A stretch of 64,000 bases of DNA from an uncultured Actinomycetota bacterium (GCA_963753505.1 CAVWCK010000002.1:205659-269658); one strand, 5' to 3'. Shown: positions 40,003-55,369, numbered from the stretch's first letter. Numbers and translations: made by a program. The notes: generated by a model from the letters alone, not told the origin.

Positions 40003-41256
40003 ATGACATTCAGGTTGGTGACCGTCGTCGTCCTGGTGAGTGCGTTCGCGACCGCATGCCTTTCGCCACCGCCGGCTCTGCCGCATGCGCCCGTGACCGT
40101 CACGACGACCTTCCCGTCGCACCCGGCGCCCCTTCCGAACACCGCGGAGGGCTACCCGCAGCTGGGAGGAACCGAACCCGGTTCCCTCGTGAGCGTCTCC
40201 GCGTTCGACACGATCGACCCGCGGATAACCGTGACCGGTTCGACGGCCTACCGACTTCATTACATATCGACGTCCGCCGTCGGGAACGCACCCGTCGAGG
40301 TAACCGGACTGATAGTGGTTCCCGGGGGCACGGCGCCAGACGGCGGATGGCCAGTCATCGCCTTCAATCACGGCAACACCGGCATTGCGCAGGGCTGCGG
40401 ACCGTCGCTGTATGAAGACTTGCTCAACCAGTGGAGTCCGGCGGCTGTTTGGCTGCTACACGGTTACGCCGTGGTGATGGCCGACTACGAGGGCCTCGGC
40501 CTCAGTGGGCAGCACGCGTTCCTCAACTCCGCGGCACTCGGCCGCAACGTCATCGACGCGGTACGCGCCGCACGGCACGTCCGTCCGGACATCGGGTCTC
40601 GTTGGGGCGCGTTCGGCGGCTCGCTCGGTGGCCTCGCAACCTGGGCCGCCAACGAGCAGGCCTCAACGTACGGCGCCGGTCTCGACCTGGTGGGTGCGGC
40701 GGCGTGGGTGCCCGTGGCCAATGTGGCAGAACTGCCGGTCAAGGCGCGCAACCGCACACTGACGCGCGACCAGCTGCACGTGTATTTCGCGGCGGTCATG
40801 GGGCTGAAGGCAACCACACATCCGGAACTCGACTTGACGCGCTACATGCGCGGTGGGTTCTATGAAAACCGTGAGCTGCTCCTGGAGTGCACCGGTCCGC
40901 GCGTAGCGGATGCCGTGAAATTTCTCCAGAAAGCCGATCCCGGCGACCTCGTGCCCGCCGACGACGAGGCCGTCAGCCAACTATCGCAGTGGCTCGGCGA
41001 GATCGGGTTACCACAGCAGCGCACCGCCGCGCCGATGCTGGTGATCTACGGGTCCGCCGATACGCTCGTGGACCAAGCTTGGATCGAGACCGCCATCGAC
41101 AAGGCATGCGCGATGGGTGACACGATCGAGTGGGAGCTACACCCGGGCGAGGGCCACGGCGATATCGACGCGCAGAAAGCGTTCCCCTGGCTGCGCGCAC
41201 GTTTCGACGGTCAAACGGCGGTCAACAAGTGTCCCACCGGTCCGATCAAACGATGA
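40003..41256 (+). CDS. LIP-family (secretory lipase) alpha/beta-hydrolase lipoprotein 1
   Basis: Signal ending ATA-C; HGNTG, GYAVVMADYEGLG, nucleophile GGSLG, GSAD, GEGHG. Confidence 0.87.
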   Translation: MTFRLVTVVVLVSAFATACLSPPPALPHAPVTVTTTFPSHPAPLPNTAEGYPQLGGTEPGSLVSVSAFDTIDPRITVTGSTAYRLHYISTSAVGNAPVEVTGLIVVPGGTAPDGGWPVIAFNHGNTGIAQGCGPSLYEDLLNQWSPAAVWLLHGYAVVMADYEGLGLSGQHAFLNSAALGRNVIDAVRAARHVRPDIGSRWGAFGGSLGGLATWAANEQASTYGAGLDLVGAAAWVPVANVAELPVKARNRTLTRDQLHVYFAAVMGLKATTHPELDLTRYMRGGFYENRELLLECTGPRVADAVKFLQKADPGDLVPADDEAVSQLSQWLGEIGLPQQRTAAPMLVIYGSADTLVDQAWIETAIDKACAMGDTIEWELHPGEGHGDIDAQKAFPWLRARFDGQTAVNKCPTGPIKR

Positions 41257-42467
41257 CGACGCGAATGGCCCGCGGCACATTGCTGCTCGCAGTCGCGGCG
41301 ACGGGCCTGCTGGTGGCGACCCTGCCCGCATGCAGCACACAGCAACGGTCGACCAACGAGGTCGTCGATCAACAGGTCAAGGATCCGGCGGCGGTGCCAC
41401 CCGGAACGCTGCTCGAGTCGGCGCCCTTCCCGGCCGTTGATGTACGTGTCAACCGCGCGCACGCCGCGGCGACCCGGATCACTTATCGCTCGACCTCTGG
41501 CGTCGACGGCAGCGCCACGGCAGTTACGGGCGCCGTGTTCACGCCCAACACTCCACCTCCGGTGGACGGCTGGAAAGTCGTGGTCTACGGACATCCGGGG
41601 GCGGGCACCCTCGAGGAGTGCGGGCCGTCGCGCTATGCGGACCTGCTCCGTAATGGAGCCCAAATCGAGACGCTCCTACGCGAAGGCTATTTGGTCGTCA
41701 TGGCCGACTACCAGGGCTTGGGAAGCAAAGGGCCGCATCCATTTCTGGAACCGAAAACGCTCGGCTACAACCTCATCGATGCTGTCCGCGCCGCGCGTGA
41801 ACTCGAACCCCGGGCAGGAACGCGCTGGGCTGCGTTCGGTGGGGCGCTGGGCGGGGAAGCAGCGTGGGCGGCGGCCGAGTTCGCACCGGCCTACGGTCAG
41901 GGCCTCGAGATGGTAGCCGCCGTTGCGTTCAATCCGTATGCCAATCTTTCTGCGATGCCCTGGGAAGCGTTTAACCGCACACTCAATTTCGAGCAGCTGC
42001 CGCTCATGCAATACATCGTCAACGCTGTCGCTGCGCTGCACCCGGATGTGCCCATTGATGATTATCTGCATGGCTTTGTCAGGGAGCGCAACGAAGACCT
42101 GCTCCAGTGCAGCGGCGCTGGGCTCGACGCCCGAAATCAGCTGGTATTCGAGATGACACCAGACGATGTGGCACCGGTAAGCGCCGATGCCGCCGCGCGG
42201 CTGTCCGCGATCGTAGGAAGCTGGTCTCTTCCGGCATCTGCGCCGACGCCTGTGCCGATCATGGTCGTCGTGGGATCGGTGGACGGAATGGTGTGGCCCG
42301 ACTGGACCAGGGACGCCGCGCGGCGCGGGTGCGAGCAGGGCGAACAAATCGCCTGGTTACTCCGGGCGGCAGAAGGCCATGACAACATCAAGCTGCAACA
42401 GGCCCTTGGCTGGCTCGCGGACAGGTTCGCCGGGCTGCCGGTCGACGGCGGCTGCAATATCGTGTAG
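41253..42467 (+). CDS. LIP-family lipoprotein 2, nucleophile Ser replaced by Ala
   Basis: ATGA overlap; lipobox LPA-C; HPGAG, GYLVVMADYQGLG, GGALG in place of GGSxG, GSVD, AEGHD. Confidence 0.85.
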   Translation: MTTRMARGTLLLAVAATGLLVATLPACSTQQRSTNEVVDQQVKDPAAVPPGTLLESAPFPAVDVRVNRAHAAATRITYRSTSGVDGSATAVTGAVFTPNTPPPVDGWKVVVYGHPGAGTLEECGPSRYADLLRNGAQIETLLREGYLVVMADYQGLGSKGPHPFLEPKTLGYNLIDAVRAARELEPRAGTRWAAFGGALGGEAAWAAAEFAPAYGQGLEMVAAVAFNPYANLSAMPWEAFNRTLNFEQLPLMQYIVNAVAALHPDVPIDDYLHGFVRERNEDLLQCSGAGLDARNQLVFEMTPDDVAPVSADAAARLSAIVGSWSLPASAPTPVPIMVVVGSVDGMVWPDWTRDAARRGCEQGEQIAWLLRAAEGHDNIKLQQALGWLADRFAGLPVDGGCNIV

Positions 42468-42499
42468 CTAACGATTTCGACGGGGGCTGCGCGGATCGC

Positions 42500-43699
42500 A
42501 TGAGGAGCTACGTGAGAAGGCCGGTTGCGGCGTGGGTGATTGCTGTGCTGGTGCTGGCACAGCTGACGGGCTGCACGTCATCGAGATCGTCGCCTCCTGG
42601 CAATCAACCGGTCCAGGTTGCGACCGCCGACCTTTCCGGCACGGGCCCGGGCTCGCTGGTCGAGGCCAAGACGATCCCGGATATCGACAGGTCGGTCCCG
42701 TTGGGAACGGTGTCGGCACGTGTCATCTACCGGTCGACATCGGGTATCGACGGTTCCCAAACAGAGGTATCAGGAGCCGTGTTCGTTCCACCGGGACGCC
42801 CGCCAAGAGGTGGCTGGCCCGTTATCGCATATGCCCACGGCACCACCGGCGTCAACCAAGAATGCGCCCCCTCACTCTCGCCGAATCTGTTTGGCACGAT
42901 CAACGGCATCGTGGCATTCCTTCGGTTGGGCTTCGCGGTGGCGGCCACCGATTATCAAGGTCTTGGCGCGCCAGGTGCCCACCCATACCTTGAGGCGAAA
43001 ACCGCCGCTTTCAACGTGATTGATTCGGTGCGAGCCCTGCGCGCGGTGTCGCGCGATGTGTCGAAAACGTGGTCGGCGTACGGCGGCTCGCAGGGCGGCG
43101 CGGCGGCGTGGGCGGCCAACGAACAGGCGAGCACGTATGCCACCGACCTCAAGTTGATTGGCAGCGGCAGTCTGGTACCCCCTGCCGATATTTCCGACTA
43201 CGCGGCCCTGGCCGGTGCTGGCGAGATGACCAAAGACCAACAGGCGGCCTACATCGGGATCCTGACAGGACTCCAGCGAACGCGCGCCGGCTTCAACATC
43301 GATGACTACCGGCGCGGTTTGGCGCAAGAAAAGTGGGATGTCTTGTCCGCGTGCTCGGGACCGAAGGTCGACGAACGGACAAACGTCATCTACGAGCTAC
43401 CCGCGGAAGACCTGATGCCCGCTACGCCGGAGGCCCAGCAACACATGTTCGAGTTGCTCAAGGAGATGTCGCTGCCGCAGCAACGCGCCGCCGCACCGAT
43501 GCTCGTCATCTACGGCGGCCAAGACACTTTCATCCCGCCGCAAGCCACCGAGGCCGCGATCGCGCGCGCCTGCGCGATGGGCGACACGGTGCAGACCATC
43601 TTCCAGCCCGACAAGGGCCACGGTGACGTAGACGGCACCGTCTACCTCGAGTGGCTGGCCGAAAGGCTGGCCGGTCAACCGGCGCCGAACAGCTGCTGA
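42500..43699 (+). CDS. LIP-family lipoprotein 3
   Basis: Lipobox LTG-C; HGTTG, GFAVAATDYQGLG, GGSQG, GGQD, DKGHG. Confidence 0.88.
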   Translation: MRSYVRRPVAAWVIAVLVLAQLTGCTSSRSSPPGNQPVQVATADLSGTGPGSLVEAKTIPDIDRSVPLGTVSARVIYRSTSGIDGSQTEVSGAVFVPPGRPPRGGWPVIAYAHGTTGVNQECAPSLSPNLFGTINGIVAFLRLGFAVAATDYQGLGAPGAHPYLEAKTAAFNVIDSVRALRAVSRDVSKTWSAYGGSQGGAAAWAANEQASTYATDLKLIGSGSLVPPADISDYAALAGAGEMTKDQQAAYIGILTGLQRTRAGFNIDDYRRGLAQEKWDVLSACSGPKVDERTNVIYELPAEDLMPATPEAQQHMFELLKEMSLPQQRAAAPMLVIYGGQDTFIPPQATEAAIARACAMGDTVQTIFQPDKGHGDVDGTVYLEWLAERLAGQPAPNSC

Positions 43700-43700
43700 T

Positions 43701-44288
43701 TCAGTAGAACTTCGGCGCGAAGTCGGGCAGGTAGTCCAGCGACGATTTGCGGAGCCGACGAGGAACGGCCGGCACACCGGCCACGACCGTCATGGGATCG
43801 ACATCGTCGCGCACCATCGAGCAGGCACCGACCACGGCGCCCGCTCCCAGGTAGACGCCGGTCAGGATCGTAGATCGGCTCGCGATCCACACGTGGTGCC
43901 CGATGCGGATCGGCGAGTGGACCCGCCCGAAATCGTCCGAGTTCACGTCGTGGTGACCCGCGATGATCTGCACATCGCTGGCGATCACTACGGCGTCCTC
44001 GATCGTGACCTGACACCTCGCGTCCAGCAGGCAGCGCGAACCAATCGAACAATGGTCCCCGATGGTGAGCCGCTTGATTCCGTGAACCCGGGTGCCCATC
44101 ATGATCGAGGTCTTTTTTCCGATTTTTGCTCCGAAGAGCCTCAGCCAGGCGATCCGGATCCGATGTGACGGCACTCGGGTGATGAACAAGTTGTAAAGCC
44201 GTTCACCGATCTGTTCCTGGACATCGGTGGGTACCTCATCGTAGAACTGCTTCTCACGCTTAACAATTGGCTCTTTGCCAGTTGTCAC
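43701..44288 (-). CDS. Hexapeptide-repeat (LbH) O-acetyltransferase, copy 2
   Basis: GTG after GGAAGGAG; FGAKIG, IGDHCSIG, LDARC, PIRIGHHVWI, VAGVPA; clear paralogue of 37594-38211. Confidence 0.87.
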   Translation of the reverse strand: MTTGKEPIVKREKQFYDEVPTDVQEQIGERLYNLFITRVPSHRIRIAWLRLFGAKIGKKTSIMMGTRVHGIKRLTIGDHCSIGSRCLLDARCQVTIEDAVVIASDVQIIAGHHDVNSDDFGRVHSPIRIGHHVWIASRSTILTGVYLGAGAVVGACSMVRDDVDPMTVVAGVPAVPRRLRKSSLDYLPDFAPKFY

Positions 44289-44405
44289 GAAGACAGTCTC
44301 CTTCCAATTACACCGACCGACGCCGGGTTGCTGACAGACCGGGCACATTCTGCCAGGCTTTCTCGCGAGCGTTGCATCGGAGTGTCGGTGTAGGCTTTGC
44401 TCTCG

Positions 44406-45413
44406 ATGTCATCAGTCTTACATGTCGCTGCTCGCTATGGCGGTGGCATTGTGACAGCGGTCCAGCAGTATGTCGAGGCGACGCCGGACCTCAACCACAT
44501 CTTGATAAGTCGCGAAACCATGTTTTCCGTGCGGGACCGAAGCGACCTGTTCGCCGCCACGTTGCCGCTTCCCGAGGGGCGGGCCGGCGTCGGCGCGATT
44601 CGCGCGGCGATCGCCGCGCATCAGATCGACGTGGTGCACGCTCACTCCAGCCACGCGGGCGCGCTCGTTCGTCTCCGTAAAATGCCGTCGCGAGTCGTTT
44701 ACACGCCGCACGCCTTTGCCCCGCTGGCCAAGCGGGGAAGCAAAGAGTGGATGGTCGGGCAGGCGGAACGGCTGCTGGGACTTCGACCGGTGGTTATCGC
44801 CGCGGTGAGCGAGGACGAGCTCCAGCTGGCCCGCAAGTTCTCGCCCCGGTCCGAGGTGCTGCGGATTATCAACCTGCCAGACCGGTCCCTGCGACCGTCT
44901 GCTGCGCATCGACCTGAGCTCAAAGTCGTGATGGTGGGTCGCGTCCTGGCGCAAAAAGACCCGGTGTTCTACGCCCAGGTCGCTGCGCTGGCACGGAAGG
45001 CCAATCGCCCGTATGCGTTTCACTGGCTGGGCGACGGTGACCCGAAGTTGACGAGTGTGCTGAGGAATGCAGGCGTCACCGTGTCCGGATGGTTGTCACC
45101 CGAACAGCTGTACGCCGAGCACGCGGCAGCGCAGGTTCATCTGCACACGGCTCGATACGAGGGATCATGCCTCAGTGTCTTGGACGCCGCCGCGGTCGGG
45201 CTCCCGACCATTGGTCGTGCCATGCCGGGGGTGCGAGATGTCTCCTGGCTCACCATCGTTGACACCCCCGAGCAGGCATTGACGGAGCTTGACCGGTTGG
45301 CGGAACCCGCCTGGTGGTCGACGTGTTCGCAGCGGTCCCTAGCGGGGGTATCCGAGCACACCTCGGGCAATCTTCGTCGAAGGCTGTTGCGCGCGTACGG
45401 CTTAGCTGAGTGA
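44406..45413 (+). CDS. Glycosyltransferase (GT4)
   Basis: YGGGI, DVVHAHSSHAG, VVYTPH, VGRVLAQKDP, ARYEG.CLSVLDAAAVGLP. Confidence 0.88.
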   Translation: MSSVLHVAARYGGGIVTAVQQYVEATPDLNHILISRETMFSVRDRSDLFAATLPLPEGRAGVGAIRAAIAAHQIDVVHAHSSHAGALVRLRKMPSRVVYTPHAFAPLAKRGSKEWMVGQAERLLGLRPVVIAAVSEDELQLARKFSPRSEVLRIINLPDRSLRPSAAHRPELKVVMVGRVLAQKDPVFYAQVAALARKANRPYAFHWLGDGDPKLTSVLRNAGVTVSGWLSPEQLYAEHAAAQVHLHTARYEGSCLSVLDAAAVGLPTIGRAMPGVRDVSWLTIVDTPEQALTELDRLAEPAWWSTCSQRSLAGVSEHTSGNLRRRLLRAYGLAE

Positions 45414-45424
45414 CTGCGGCGGGT

Positions 45425-46465
45425 TCAGTCGCGGGCGAGCGCGGCAGCCGCGGCCTTCGGCCGCCAATCCGACGTCAGCAGCGCGCCGAAGTTTGATTCG
45501 CGGTTGTCCTGATCACCACTGTTGTTGTCGCGCACGCTGTAGATGAACGCCGGCCCGGTGTAGTCCAGCCGTGCCGCGGCCGCCAGGACGTCGACGATCT
45601 GGCGGGCCTGTTCCTCCTGGCTGACACCTTCGGCGGTGCTTGCGCTTGTCGGCGCACCGAGCTCCGTCATCCAGATCTTCTTGCCCCCGTCACCGTGAGC
45701 GACCATGACGTCATGCATTCGGGCGACGTCCGACCACCCGTTCAACGGGTCGGCTGCGAAGCCGGTTGGGAAAACATAGGGATGCATGGCCGCGGCGTCG
45801 AAGTAGCCCTTCGCGCCAGCGTCATACATCGAGGCCAGGAAAGCCGGCGGGGCCTCGGAGCCCAGCAGAGGGCTCAGGCCCGCCGCGATGACCGTGCTGT
45901 TGGGCTGGACGCTCTTGATCGCGGGATAGGCCGCCTTCAGAAGCTCCGTATAGCGCGGGGCGTTGTAAGTGGCGAAGCCGAAGAACGAGGCGAGGTTGGG
46001 TTCGTTCCAGATCTGCCAGTTCGACACGCGCGACCCGTACCTGCCGATGACAGCCTTCGCGAAATTCGCGAACGCGTCCGCATCGACGGGGGGCGCGGTG
46101 AAGTATGCGCCCGGCGCGCGGGCCCAGGGCGGAGTGAAGGCGATGTGGCCAAGCACCTTCAATCCCCTGGCGGTCGCGCCGTCGACGATCCGGTCGAACA
46201 CTGACCAATTGATTTGTCCCTGAACCGGCTCAGCCACATTCCAGTCGATCAGTACCCGCAGCCAGGAGGCGCCCGTCTGCGAGACAGCGTCGAGTTCGCG
46301 GTTGAGGTCCTGCGGGTTGAGGTACAGCATCCAGGAGCCCTCGCTGAACCCGTACCCGGCCGCCGGAGCCGCCGGCTGCGCGGAGACGCGAGGTGGATCG
46401 GGGAGCACAAGACCGGCGGCCAGAAGAACCACGCCGACGATCCCGACGGAAAGCACACGGCGCAT
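45425..46465 (-). CDS. Secreted clan GH-A (GH5/GH39-like) glycoside hydrolase
   Basis: Sec-type signal MRRVLSVGIVGVVLLAAG; WQIWNEPN, AMHPY, KKIWMTELG, ESNFGALL. Confidence 0.87.
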   Translation of the reverse strand: MRRVLSVGIVGVVLLAAGLVLPDPPRVSAQPAAPAAGYGFSEGSWMLYLNPQDLNRELDAVSQTGASWLRVLIDWNVAEPVQGQINWSVFDRIVDGATARGLKVLGHIAFTPPWARAPGAYFTAPPVDADAFANFAKAVIGRYGSRVSNWQIWNEPNLASFFGFATYNAPRYTELLKAAYPAIKSVQPNSTVIAAGLSPLLGSEAPPAFLASMYDAGAKGYFDAAAMHPYVFPTGFAADPLNGWSDVARMHDVMVAHGDGGKKIWMTELGAPTSASTAEGVSQEEQARQIVDVLAAAARLDYTGPAFIYSVRDNNSGDQDNRESNFGALLTSDWRPKAAAAALARD

Positions 46466-46917
46466 TCGCACAGCGCAGAACATACCCGAGCGCCACACCT
46501 ACGTCGTCTGCATGGCGTCCTAATCTCGAATGGCCATAGAGTCGCCAATCGCGTTGGCGTTGTTTGTCATTGACGGACACATGGGTGCTGGCAAACGCAG
46601 CCGCAACGCTACGAGCAACCACGTTGCAACTGAGGCGCAATCGCGAGCGGGGGCCGTCGACGCGGTCGTAATCGCGCTCCGGCTGCGCTGACTGATTTGC
46701 GGGCTGGCAACTGAAAGTACATACCCGCGCCTGGCCGCCCTCGGAACCGCAAACTCGTTGCAGTCGAAGGCTGTGGCACCCAGAACGTCGCTGCGGGCGG
46801 ACAGTTCCGGTCGGCCCGGCTGCGGTTTGTCGTCGGCGTCTTGGCCTCGTGGCTACCGAAGGCTCTGCTCGGGTTAGGATTTGCCAACGCAAGCATTGAC
46901 CTCTCCGAAGGGCGCAG

Positions 46918-49548
<2,631 letters not shown>

Positions 49549-49552
<4 letters not shown>

Positions 49553-50193
49553 CCCGGGTGGTGCTCGCGTCGGCCTCACCCGGCCGCCGTAAAGTATTGC
49601 GCCAGGCCGGAATCGATCCGCTCGTCATCGTCTCCGGTGTCGACGAGGACGCGGTCGTCGCGCACCTCGATCCGGAGGCCACGCCCGCGGATGTCACTAC
49701 CGCGTTGGCCGCCGCCAAGGCCGACGCGGTCGTGCACGCCCTCGTCCCGACGGTGGCCGCTGATTGTGTTGTCATCGGCTGTGATTCGATGCTGTACCGC
49801 GACGGTGTAATGCTTGGTAAGCCCGCGTCGGTAGACGCCGCACGCCTCGGCTGGCAGCAGATGGGCGGCAAGGCCGGCCGCCTCTACACCGGCCACTGCG
49901 TAATTCGCTTGCGAGACAAGGTAATTACTTATCGGGGCGCCGACTGCACCGCGACAACGGTGAGGTTCGCCATTCCGTCGCCTGCTGACCTGGACGCGTA
50001 CGTCAACAGCGGCGAGCCGACCGCGGTGGCGGGCGGCTTCACGCTCGATGGGCTCGGTGGCTGGTTCGTCGACGGCGTCGACGGTGACCCTTCGGCGGTG
50101 ATCGGCATCGGCCTGCCGTTGACCCGCAGGCTTCTCGAGGGCGCCGGGCTGTCGATATCCGCCCTGTGGGCAGGCAATCCGGTCGCTGGGTAG
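49549..50193 (+). CDS. maf: Maf family nucleotide pyrophosphatase
   Basis: [31 protein letters not shown]. Confidence 0.92.
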
Positions 50194-50202
50194 GCTCGAG
50201 AT

Positions 50203-51095
<893 letters not shown>

Positions 51096-51099
<4 letters not shown>

Positions 51100-51515
51100 C
51101 CACAATGCCGGCGTCCCTGGCCGAAGTCGTGTCGGACTTTCAGGAGGTGCAGGGGCAGGACAAGCTCTCGCTGCTGCTGGAGTTCGCCGACGAGTTGCCT
51201 CCCCTGCCCGCAGACCTCGCGCAGGACGCGATGGAGCCGGTCCCGGAATGCCAGTCGCCGTTGTTCCTGCACGTCGACGCGGAAGATCGCGAACACGTGC
51301 GGTTGTATTTCAGTGCGCCGGCAGAGGCGCCGACGACCCGCGGTTTCGCCGCCATCCTGGCAGCGGGCCTCGACAAGCAGCCGGCAGAGGACATCCTCGC
51401 CGTGCCCGACGATTTCTACTCCGATCTGGGCTTGGCGGCGCTTATCAGCCCGCTGCGCTTGCGCGGCATGTCGGCCATGCTGGCGCGCATCAAGCGGCGG
51501 CTGCGGGGCGAGTAA
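51096..51515 (+). CDS. sufE: SufE family cysteine desulfuration protein
   Basis: [32 protein letters not shown]. Confidence 0.9.
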
Positions 51516-51553
51516 ACAGCGAGCCATCGCGCCGATGTGCGCGATCTCATACA

Positions 51554-51569
51554 GCTACTCGCGAGTAGG
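51554..51569. promoter_or_regulatory. Candidate TACT-N4-AGTA operator, site 3
   Basis: GCTACT-CGCG-AGTAGG; the core CTACTCGCGAGTAG is a perfect 14-bp palindrome, about 100 bp before accA3. Confidence 0.55.
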
Positions 51570-51630
51570 TGCCACCGGCTCGACGCCTCCCCTCGAGCGC
51601 CCCTTAAACTGCGAGGCGCTACCTTCTTAA

Positions 51631-53515
<1,885 letters not shown>

Positions 53516-53517
53516 AA

Positions 53518-54213
53518 CTAGTCGGGGGTCACCAGGCTGCGCTCGGCCAGCCGCGTGCCGAAGTACGCGGCCTGCGGGTCAACGACGACGGCTTTGTCGT
53601 CGCCCCTGCGGCCCAACACGTCACGCGCCATCTGTTCGAACGAGATCTTTTCCGGCCCACCGATATTCACGACACCACCGAGCGGCTGGGCGACGGCCGC
53701 ACGGGCGACGTCGGTAGCGACCTGATCGGCGGCGACAGGTTGAATCAGCGCATCAGGCACCCGCACCTCGTCGCCGACGACCATCGAATCGGTGATGCCG
53801 TCTGTGAACTCGGCGAACTGCGTCGCCCGCACGATCGTGTAGCGCAAGCCTGATTCGGTGATGATCCTCTCCTGCACCACCTTGGCCCGCATGTAGCCGC
53901 TGTCGGGCAACCCGTCGACGCCGACGATCGACAGCGCGACATAGTGGCGGACGTCCGCCGTCTTTGCGGCGGCCACCAGGTTGGATGTCGACGTGGTGAA
54001 GAACTCCATCACTGGATCGTCTTCGAATGACGGCGAATTCACGACGTCAACGAGCGCGTCGGCGCCATTCAGCGCTTCGGCAAGGCCATCGCCTGTCAAC
54101 ACGTCGACCCCCGACCCGCGCGACGCCGCCACCACGTCGTGCCCCTCGGCGGTCAGCAGATCGACCACCTTCGTACCGATGAGACCGCTCGCGCCAATCA
54201 CTGTGATCTTCAT
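53518..54213 (-). CDS. Atypical SDR / NmrA-like NAD(P)-binding protein
   Basis: MKITVIGASGLIG, LSIVGVD, SGYMRAK, TIVRATQF. Confidence 0.88.
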   Translation of the reverse strand: MKITVIGASGLIGTKVVDLLTAEGHDVVAASRGSGVDVLTGDGLAEALNGADALVDVVNSPSFEDDPVMEFFTTSTSNLVAAAKTADVRHYVALSIVGVDGLPDSGYMRAKVVQERIITESGLRYTIVRATQFAEFTDGITDSMVVGDEVRVPDALIQPVAADQVATDVARAAVAQPLGGVVNIGGPEKISFEQMARDVLGRRGDDKAVVVDPQAAYFGTRLAERSLVTPD

Positions 54214-54229
54214 AGCTACCATCAGACGC

Positions 54230-54544
54230 GTGGAGCCCGTCGAAATCAATGCCGGTGCTTGGTATTTGCGCGCGCTGCGCGCGGACGATCGCATCGACGA
54301 CGGGCCGGCACTGGCGGAAATGGGCGAGACCGACGCAGGCTACGTCCACAAGTGTGCCGCCCAATGGGAGTCGGACACGATGTACTCGTGGGCGGTGTGC
54401 GAGCCGACGACCGGTGAGCTGCTCGCCGAGGTGACGCTGTCGCCGGCCACCGGGCTCATCGGCATGCGCGCACGACCCGGCCACGCCGAGGCCGCGCAGG
54501 CCGCAGGCGATGCCGTGCGGCGGTTCGCCGACTCCGTCGGATAG
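54230..54544 (+). CDS. Small hypothetical protein (truncated GNAT-like)
   Basis: Probable leaderless GTG 7 nt after TACCAT; VEPVEINAGAWYLRALRAD...YSWAVCEPTTGELLAEV. Confidence 0.65.
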   Translation: MEPVEINAGAWYLRALRADDRIDDGPALAEMGETDAGYVHKCAAQWESDTMYSWAVCEPTTGELLAEVTLSPATGLIGMRARPGHAEAAQAAGDAVRRFADSVG

Positions 54545-54551
54545 GCCACGA

Positions 54552-55103
54552 TCAGGTGACGTCGATGTCCTGACCCGACGCCAGGTCGGCGCAGTCGACG
54601 GCGACCACGTCGGTGCGGCCGGCGAGGAATGCCCGCGCGCCCTCGTCACCCTGCAGCCCGTCAAGCAGATCCGGCCAGTGCGTTCGCGCGATGACGACGG
54701 GATGGCCGGGCCGGTCCCCGTAGCGCGCGCGGGCCAGCCCCGACGACGACGAGCGCGCCGCGTCCAGTACTCGTCTCACCACTTCGGCGCTGACATCAGG
54801 TGTGTCTACCGCATGTAGGACGACGTAAGCGGCGTCGGTGACGTTGATGGCCGCCACACCCGTCCGGACCGACGCGCTGAGCCCCTCCTCCCAGTTGTCC
54901 GCGACCACCGCGCGCGCGGGCGCGGGCACGCCGACCAGTGCGGCACCCAACACCACGACGATGTCGTCGCACCCTCCCCCGGCCAGCGCCGTCACGCAGG
55001 CTCGCAGCCAACTGCCGTCGTTTGCAAGCACCTTAGGCATGCCGTACCGGGTGCCCGCCCCAGCGGCCAGCAGCACGCCGGCCACCGAGGAGCTTCTCGA
55101 CAT
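54552..55103 (-). CDS. MobA/MocA-like NTP transferase
   Basis: GVLLAAGAGTRYGMPK, WEEGLSAS, VDTP, GHPV, GDEGAR. Confidence 0.87.
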   Translation of the reverse strand: MSRSSSVAGVLLAAGAGTRYGMPKVLANDGSWLRACVTALAGGGCDDIVVVLGAALVGVPAPARAVVADNWEEGLSASVRTGVAAINVTDAAYVVLHAVDTPDVSAEVVRRVLDAARSSSSGLARARYGDRPGHPVVIARTHWPDLLDGLQGDEGARAFLAGRTDVVAVDCADLASGQDIDVT

Positions 55104-55369
55104 GTGAATAGTGTGACAGCTGGGGTCGATATCGTCCTGGCCTGCGGATACGTGGTGGACCGAGCGCACAAATTTCGAACCAAATCGATTGCCGAGCGGC
55201 CGCGCCTCGGCGTATGGTGCAAACAGGTTGAGTTCACAGCCAGCTGGAAGCGTCAAGCAACATGCAGGGCAGAACTCCTTCCCTGCAGCGCAGGCTTTGA
55301 GGACGCAGGGCCTATCTTTTTGACGTGAGCCACAGTACGAAATCGCGTATTCCGACTGATGGAGTCACA

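Noticed and set aside
55264-55289. TGCAGGG...CCCTGCA hairpin upstream of STAS 1
   Set aside because: It has a 7-bp stem, no U tract and a single occurrence; too weak to call.
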